Origin: an uncultured bacterium | GTDB lineage: Bacteria > Babelota > Babeliae > Babelales > JABCYS01 | Length of the DNA stretch: 64,000 nucleotides | Direction: 5' to 3' | Assembly (NCBI GenBank): GCA_963705705.1 | Contig: CAVPKK010000004.1 | Location: forward strand, 24,112-88,111 | Part shown: positions 59,343-64,000 of the stretch, piece after piece | Layout: every line of letters starts with the position of its first letter | How positions within the stretch are numbered: the stretch's first letter is position 1 | The notes under the pieces: generated by a model | Databases searched by the model: none | Seen by the model: only the letters and a program-made list of their open reading frames with translations | Told to the model about the DNA's origin: nothing | Translations under genes and position numbers: made by a program

Positions 59343-60587
59343 ATGTTAATCAATCTTTCATTTCTAAAAACACACCGCGATTACCGATACCTATTCCTGG
59401 GCCAAGCGATTTCGGCCGTAGGCAGTATGATGACCTATATCGCCCTGCCGTATCAGATGTATGAACTCACAAAGTCATCATTTTCCGTTGGCATGATCAG
59501 CATCGCGGAACTTTGCCCACTGCTCATTACAGCATTTTTAGGCGGGGCATACGCCGATCGGCTTGATCGCAGAAAGTTATTACTACGCTCAGAGTTTGCA
59601 CTTGCCGCTGCAACTGCATTACTTGCGTGGTATACCTGGTATACCACCCCGAGCCAATGGGTGCTTTATATTGCGGCGGCTGTCATATCGGCCATTAACG
59701 GATTTCATCGGCCGGCACTGGAAGCGTTGACGCAACAATTAGGACGACCTGAAGATTTTGCGGATATTAGCGCATTGAATTCTCTGAAAAGCATTTTAGG
59801 ATCAGTAGGTGGACCATCACTCGCCGGTTTTTGCATTGCGGTTTTTGGATTACCAGTGGCTTACCTCATTGATGCGGCAAGTTTCGCATTGAGCCTACTG
59901 GCCATCATGCAAATAAAACAAATCACATTCGTGAGATCTGAAGCGCCCGTTGATTCGCCACTTACCGACATAAAGGAAGGGATACACTATGCCTGGCAGC
60001 GGCAGGAACTGATTGGATCATATGCCGTCGATTTCTGCGCCATGATCTTTGGCATGCCAACCGCATTATTCCCGGCAGTTGCTGCTTCATTTGCCGATTC
60101 TTCAATAACTAGCGCACAGGCTGTTGGATATTTATATTCAGCGCCGGCGGCGGGCGCATTGATTGCCACCATATTTAGTGGCTGGACACATCGGATACGA
60201 TCATTTGGCAAGGCAATATCATTATCTGCACTAATTTGGGGCATCGGGATTATTGGCTTCGGCTTTGCCACTAATTTTTGGCTGGCAGTTGCATTTCTCA
60301 TGCTTGCTGGAGCGGCTGATGCCAAGAGCGGAATTTTCCGGATGACACTTTGGAATATGACTATACCTAAACATCTGCGCGGCCGTTTGGCTGGCATTGA
60401 AATGATTAGTTATATGAGTGGTCCTATGCTTGGTAACGCCGAATCTGGTTTGGTGGCTGCTGCATTCGGCACCAGCTTTTCAATTATTTCTGGCGGTTTT
60501 ATGTGTGTCTTGAGTGTTGGCCTGTGCGCACTCGCCCTGCCAAAGTATTGGCAATTTAGGTGGACGGGTTCAATCGAGCAGAGTTAG
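59343..60587 (+). CDS. MFS transporter (EntS/MFS_3-like)
   Basis: The track ORF is trimmed to ATG 59343 (MLINLSFLKTHRDYRYLFLGQAISAVGS, a typical MFS_3 N-terminus). About 12 TM helices and a GGAYADRLDRRK loop motif. Confidence 0.8.
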   Translation: MLINLSFLKTHRDYRYLFLGQAISAVGSMMTYIALPYQMYELTKSSFSVGMISIAELCPLLITAFLGGAYADRLDRRKLLLRSEFALAAATALLAWYTWYTTPSQWVLYIAAAVISAINGFHRPALEALTQQLGRPEDFADISALNSLKSILGSVGGPSLAGFCIAVFGLPVAYLIDAASFALSLLAIMQIKQITFVRSEAPVDSPLTDIKEGIHYAWQRQELIGSYAVDFCAMIFGMPTALFPAVAASFADSSITSAQAVGYLYSAPAAGALIATIFSGWTHRIRSFGKAISLSALIWGIGIIGFGFATNFWLAVAFLMLAGAADAKSGIFRMTLWNMTIPKHLRGRLAGIEMISYMSGPMLGNAESGLVAAAFGTSFSIISGGFMCVLSVGLCALALPKYWQFRWTGSIEQS

Positions 60588-60607
60588 ATTATTTTTGAGA
60601 TAAATTA

Positions 60608-61042
60608 ATGAACTGTTTTACCATCGCACTCGCTTCGCAAACTGCTTTCGTCATCTGGTTTCTCATCACCCATTTCATTTCGCTGCCGCCTTTGAATGAT
60701 CTTTCCAAAGAAGCATTTGCTGGTGAGCATAGAGTTAACTTTTTCTTACTTTGCTTGTGGGCTCTGGGAGTATACGGATTCTATAGCCGAGTACCATGGC
60801 ATATGTGGGTTGCGGCAATCTTCTGCTGGACCATAACTATGATAGGCCATATCATGTCGTGGTGGCTTCCTTATTTTTTCGGTTGGCCTGCAGTCTTTCT
60901 CGAGGATGCCGTCGAAGATAATAAACGCACCTATCATTTCTTACCTGCCCGCGGGAATCACCCTATTCCAGATCTCAATCACTGCATCATTGGCATATTG
61001 CTCACCACAGCCTTTATCTCAACCTGGTGCACGTTGCTATAA
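60608..61042 (+). CDS. hypothetical membrane protein
   Basis: 144 aa with 4 predicted TM helices, Trp-rich. No known motif. Confidence 0.45.
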   Translation: MNCFTIALASQTAFVIWFLITHFISLPPLNDLSKEAFAGEHRVNFFLLCLWALGVYGFYSRVPWHMWVAAIFCWTITMIGHIMSWWLPYFFGWPAVFLEDAVEDNKRTYHFLPARGNHPIPDLNHCIIGILLTTAFISTWCTLL

Positions 61043-61067
61043 AAATAAGATACGAAAGTCATTTAAC

Positions 61068-61952
61068 ATGCATCTTAATCTCGATATTGATTCAACGATT
61101 TCAGTTACCATTCGCGATAAGGAATATCCGGTTGCAGTTGCAGGAAATGGTATTCCATGTCTAAGTATCGGACAAGGAACATTTGGTCAGCTCACGCTAT
61201 CAAAACATTTTAAGCACTATTTTAAGATCTATTCTTCAAATTTATATTTCGATAAGGAATATGCTTTAGATAACCCTTCGACCCTAACCATGGATCGAAT
61301 GATTGACGATATTAAAGAGCTTGGAGATCAGCTTGGGCTAACACAATATGTGCTCTTCGGCTTTTCGGCTTTTGGCATCATCACGCTGGAATTTGCTAAG
61401 AAATATCCCGATCTTGTTGCCGGCATTATCATGGTAGGAACCCCGCCAAATTCCAATCAATACGTAGCTGCTCGCAATAATGCCTATTTTGAATCCCATG
61501 CAGAACCAGAACGCAAGGCATTATATGCCTATCGGCGGGCAGAGGTCGCCAAAGAAGATCTCAGCAAGCTTGATTACTCAGCCAAAATTTTACGAACCTA
61601 TGTATATCGCGATGCGCCGTTATATTGGCATAATCCAGATTTTGATTGCTCAGAAATTTGGCACCATATCCAGTTGGATGAAGCGACGAACATCCATCTG
61701 TTTACGGATGTTCTTCCGAAGATAGATGTCATGAAAGGCCTCGAAAAGATACAATGCCCGATATTTCTTGCAGCTGGCCTGAGTGATTATAATTGTTGCC
61801 CGTTCATATGGAAGGAAGTAAAGAATCTCCCCCCACATATGACGATTGTTGAATTTAATAAGAGTGGGCATTGGCCGATGTACGAAGAGCCGGCAGAATT
61901 TGATAAAGCTATAATCAACTGGATGAAAGATAATCCAAAGGCAAACATATGA
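61068..61952 (+). CDS. alpha/beta hydrolase (proline iminopeptidase-like)
   Basis: The track ORF is trimmed to ATG 61068, which removes the overlap with the upstream gene. Nucleophile elbow GFSAFG. C-terminal [10 protein letters not shown] (catalytic His region). Confidence 0.7.
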   Translation: MHLNLDIDSTISVTIRDKEYPVAVAGNGIPCLSIGQGTFGQLTLSKHFKHYFKIYSSNLYFDKEYALDNPSTLTMDRMIDDIKELGDQLGLTQYVLFGFSAFGIITLEFAKKYPDLVAGIIMVGTPPNSNQYVAARNNAYFESHAEPERKALYAYRRAEVAKEDLSKLDYSAKILRTYVYRDAPLYWHNPDFDCSEIWHHIQLDEATNIHLFTDVLPKIDVMKGLEKIQCPIFLAAGLSDYNCCPFIWKEVKNLPPHMTIVEFNKSGHWPMYEEPAEFDKAIINWMKDNPKANI

Positions 61953-62302
61953 ATCAACAAACCGCGCCAAATCTAATTTCATGGCAAGACTTTGAAAAAG
62001 TAGACATTCGCATCGGCACTATTGTACGAGCTGAAGATTTTCCCGAGGCACGCAAACCAGCCTTCAAACTCTGGATTGATTTGGGAGATCTGGGCATTAA
62101 ACCATCTAGCGCACAGATCACGGCGCATTACACCAAAGATAATTTAGTCGGCAAACAGGTTATCTGCGTTTGCAATTTTCCACCCAAGCAGATCGGCCCA
62201 TTTACCTCAGAAGTTTTGACCACCGGCTTCCCAGATAAAGATGGTGCGGTAGTTCTTGCAACGGCAACACAAGTAGTACCGAACGGAAGCAGATTGTTTT
62301 AA
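61949..62302 (+). CDS. csaA: tRNA-binding protein CsaA (EMAP/Trbp111-type OB fold)
   Basis: 117 aa, ATGA overlap. [33 protein letters not shown]...SSAQIT...[18 protein letters not shown]. Confidence 0.85.
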   Translation: MNQQTAPNLISWQDFEKVDIRIGTIVRAEDFPEARKPAFKLWIDLGDLGIKPSSAQITAHYTKDNLVGKQVICVCNFPPKQIGPFTSEVLTTGFPDKDGAVVLATATQVVPNGSRLF

Positions 62303-62314
62303 GCCAGGATATTG

Positions 62315-63151
62315 ATGAAGAAACAACTATTAATTTTATGGGTCGGCATTATGAGCGCTACAATCACAAAAGCTAAATTATCGCCATTGCTACATGAAAA
62401 CCCTTTCGCTTACAATCTTGGCGTGAAAATAATCCCGAGCAAGAAAGATAGTGCCGGCGTCATGATCTGTTGCCATGGCTACGGGCATAGTAATGATCTG
62501 GTGAATTCACTCCACTCATATCCAATTTCGGACCATTTAGTTGGATTCAACTTTCCCGACTACGGCATTACCAGTGCAATTGATCACACCAAAAGTAAAT
62601 TTGGAACCATCGATGAGCTATTACCGTTGCTCTATATGCTCAAGCGATGCGTGATTGATTTGAAACTTTCTGCCATAAAGCTGTACGGCTTTTCAGCCGG
62701 TGGCGGCGCGGTCGTTAATGCATTAGCGGTGTTAAATGAATCAACGTACGATAAACAGTTGCATAGTATTGGTATTTCTCCTACTGCTAAGAAAGCAATT
62801 TTAGGAGCGATAGGAAAGGGTCTAGTAATTCTTGATTGCCCGCTTAAATCGGTCGAAGAAATAATCACCTTGCGCGGGCTGAGCAAAGGATTTGCTGCGC
62901 TGGCATCAAGCTACAAACGCAATAATATGCGGCCAATAGATTCCGCAGCGAGGATTGCCGGTGAATCGCTGAATATCCTTTTGTATTTCGAACAGCCCGA
63001 CGACATTTTAGGCAACCAGGATGATCAATTATTCATTGATCGTTTAACCAAAGCAAACAAAGGGAAAACCACGGTTGTTCTTGGCTCTGATGGCGGGCAT
63101 AATGGCTATCATGCAGCCTTATGGCAGGCATACACAAAACGTCGAAAGTAA
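62315..63151 (+). CDS. secreted alpha/beta hydrolase
   Basis: Signal-like N-terminus. CHGYGHS and nucleophile elbow LYGFSAGGG. ATG 62315 is preferred over TTG 62312. Confidence 0.6.
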   Translation: MKKQLLILWVGIMSATITKAKLSPLLHENPFAYNLGVKIIPSKKDSAGVMICCHGYGHSNDLVNSLHSYPISDHLVGFNFPDYGITSAIDHTKSKFGTIDELLPLLYMLKRCVIDLKLSAIKLYGFSAGGGAVVNALAVLNESTYDKQLHSIGISPTAKKAILGAIGKGLVILDCPLKSVEEIITLRGLSKGFAALASSYKRNNMRPIDSAARIAGESLNILLYFEQPDDILGNQDDQLFIDRLTKANKGKTTVVLGSDGGHNGYHAALWQAYTKRRK

Positions 63152-63178
63152 TACATCACATGAAAAAGATTATCCAAT

Positions 63179-63607
63179 ATGATCAACTGTAACGGCAATA
63201 ATTGCAATGGCACAAAAAGGCCACGCATTGGCATTGGCATCATGGTTGTAAAAGATAATAAGATTTTGATGGGAAAGAGAAAAAGCAGTCATGGCGCAGG
63301 ATCCTGGGCGCCACCTGGCGGGCACCTAGAATTTGGCGAAACACCAGAAGCTTGTGCTGCACGAGAATTGTTGGAAGAAACGGGAATACGGGCAATATCG
63401 TTACGTCCAGGCCCTTGGGTGAATACCATCATGGAACACGACAAACACTATGTGACGATTTATGTAATAGTCGACCAATTTGTTGGTGAGCCACAGCTTA
63501 TGGAACCAGACAAATGTGAAGGATGGGATTGGTTTGCAATGAACCAATTACCATCACCGATTTTTATGCCAATGCAAAGTTTGATTGCCAAGGGTTGGCA
63601 AAACTAA
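63179..63607 (+). CDS. NUDIX hydrolase
   Basis: 142 aa. Nudix box GGHLEFGETPEACAARELLEETG. Confidence 0.85.
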   Translation: MINCNGNNCNGTKRPRIGIGIMVVKDNKILMGKRKSSHGAGSWAPPGGHLEFGETPEACAARELLEETGIRAISLRPGPWVNTIMEHDKHYVTIYVIVDQFVGEPQLMEPDKCEGWDWFAMNQLPSPIFMPMQSLIAKGWQN

Positions 63608-63633
63608 TCTAAATTAAGTTGAAGAGGCTCATC

Positions 63634-64000
63634 ATGATGGAATACATCAATTTACTTGCGCTACCATTCGTAGCCATCGATTTGACGCATACAATCAAAC
63701 CAATAATACCGACTTGGGATGGCTCGTGCGGTTTCTCAATGGTAAAGAAAGTTGATTACGATCAATGTAGCGGAGTAGATAAATTTCGCGTACAGCAATT
63801 TTCTATGGCTGCCGGCATCGGTACACATATGGATGCGCCTGCACATTGTATTGAGGGCTCTCCAACAATTGATATGCTGAATCTTGGCCAATTAATTGTA
63901 CCGTGCGTGGTAATTGATGTTTCTGCCCAAGCCGATGCTCAGTTCAGTTTGAACACAGCGAACATTATGGCCTTTGAACAACAATATGGCCCTATTAAAT
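63634..64000 (+). CDS. cyclase family protein (arylformamidase / kynurenine formamidase-like), 5' part, runs off the window
   Basis: My own translation from ATG 63634 (GAAGAGG upstream): MMEYINLL...IDLTHTI...AAGIGTHMDAPAHCIEG...CVVIDV, which is the HxGTHxDAPxH cyclase motif. No stop before nt 64000. Confidence 0.7.
   Translation, partial: MMEYINLLALPFVAIDLTHTIKPIIPTWDGSCGFSMVKKVDYDQCSGVDKFRVQQFSMAAGIGTHMDAPAHCIEGSPTIDMLNLGQLIVPCVVIDVSAQADAQFSLNTANIMAFEQQYGPIK

Noticed and set aside
60906-61067. 5' extension of the alpha/beta hydrolase ORF overlapping the preceding membrane protein gene
   Set aside because: It overlaps 60608-61042 by 137 nt in another frame. ATG 61068 begins right after that gene and yields a normal hydrolase N-terminus.
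1-64000. Search for tRNA, rRNA, tmRNA, IS elements, integrases or prophage genes
   Set aside because: I scanned the larger spacers by eye (276-463, 3403-3816, 12959-13403, 17397-17700, 31881-32300, 41962-42294, 47892-48154, 50899-51268, 57452-58045). I found no cloverleaf-like acceptor/T-arm pattern, and no ORF with transposase or integrase motifs. A tRNAscan/Infernal run would be needed to exclude small RNAs.

Overview
Gene-dense bacterial chromosomal window, moderately AT-rich by eye, with about 65 protein-coding genes. I found no rRNA, tRNA, CRISPR array, transposase or integrase. All domain calls come from reading motifs in the supplied translations; no searches were run.

Housekeeping genes are scattered through the window: tsaE, a YacP/NYN RNase, an isolated atpG, murA, tdk, radA, an ABC-F ATPase, NfeD plus flotillin, YbaK and ProX trans-editing proteins, and CsaA.

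Several features suggest a host-dependent or intracellular lifestyle (for example Dependentiae/TM6-, Chlamydiae- or Legionellales-like; the lineage cannot be determined here):
- two paralogous Tlc/NTT-type nucleotide transporters
- a degenerate mitochondrial-carrier-family-like protein
- thymidine kinase
- many proteins that start with a signal peptide and carry eukaryote-type modules

Most interesting region, about 20.4-37.7 kb:
- A tightly coupled six-gene operon (23731-30017) encodes membrane-anchored coiled-coil proteins that end in an atypical RING-like Cys/His domain (three copies). These genes surround a membrane-associated MutS-domain-III/V ATPase.
- The same two-motif N-terminal module (LYEAV...LYxxAxxYAE) recurs in a convergent gene pair (35792-37688), where one member instead carries a C-terminal J-domain with an HPD motif.
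- This looks like a family with one anchor module and interchangeable host-directed heads.

Second notable locus, 13892-17397: two paralogous secreted proteins. Each has five copies of a DFNGTFS repeat, which matches the D-x-N-x-T bacterial N-glycosylation sequon. The repeats are fused to divergent right-handed beta-helix domains, and the two genes share an 86-nt identical tract.

Third: a dispersed palindromic repeat family (core GCGCTCATCCTGAG...TCGAAGGATC...GCGC) occurs in roughly 37-, 110- and 130-bp classes. At least 9 copies are present, and two lie in-frame inside coding genes (an ABC ATPase and a HAD hydrolase), as Rickettsia palindromic elements do.

The right half of the window (38-64 kb) is rich in GNAT, NUDIX, alpha/beta-hydrolase, MerR/TipA and MFS type accessory enzymes.
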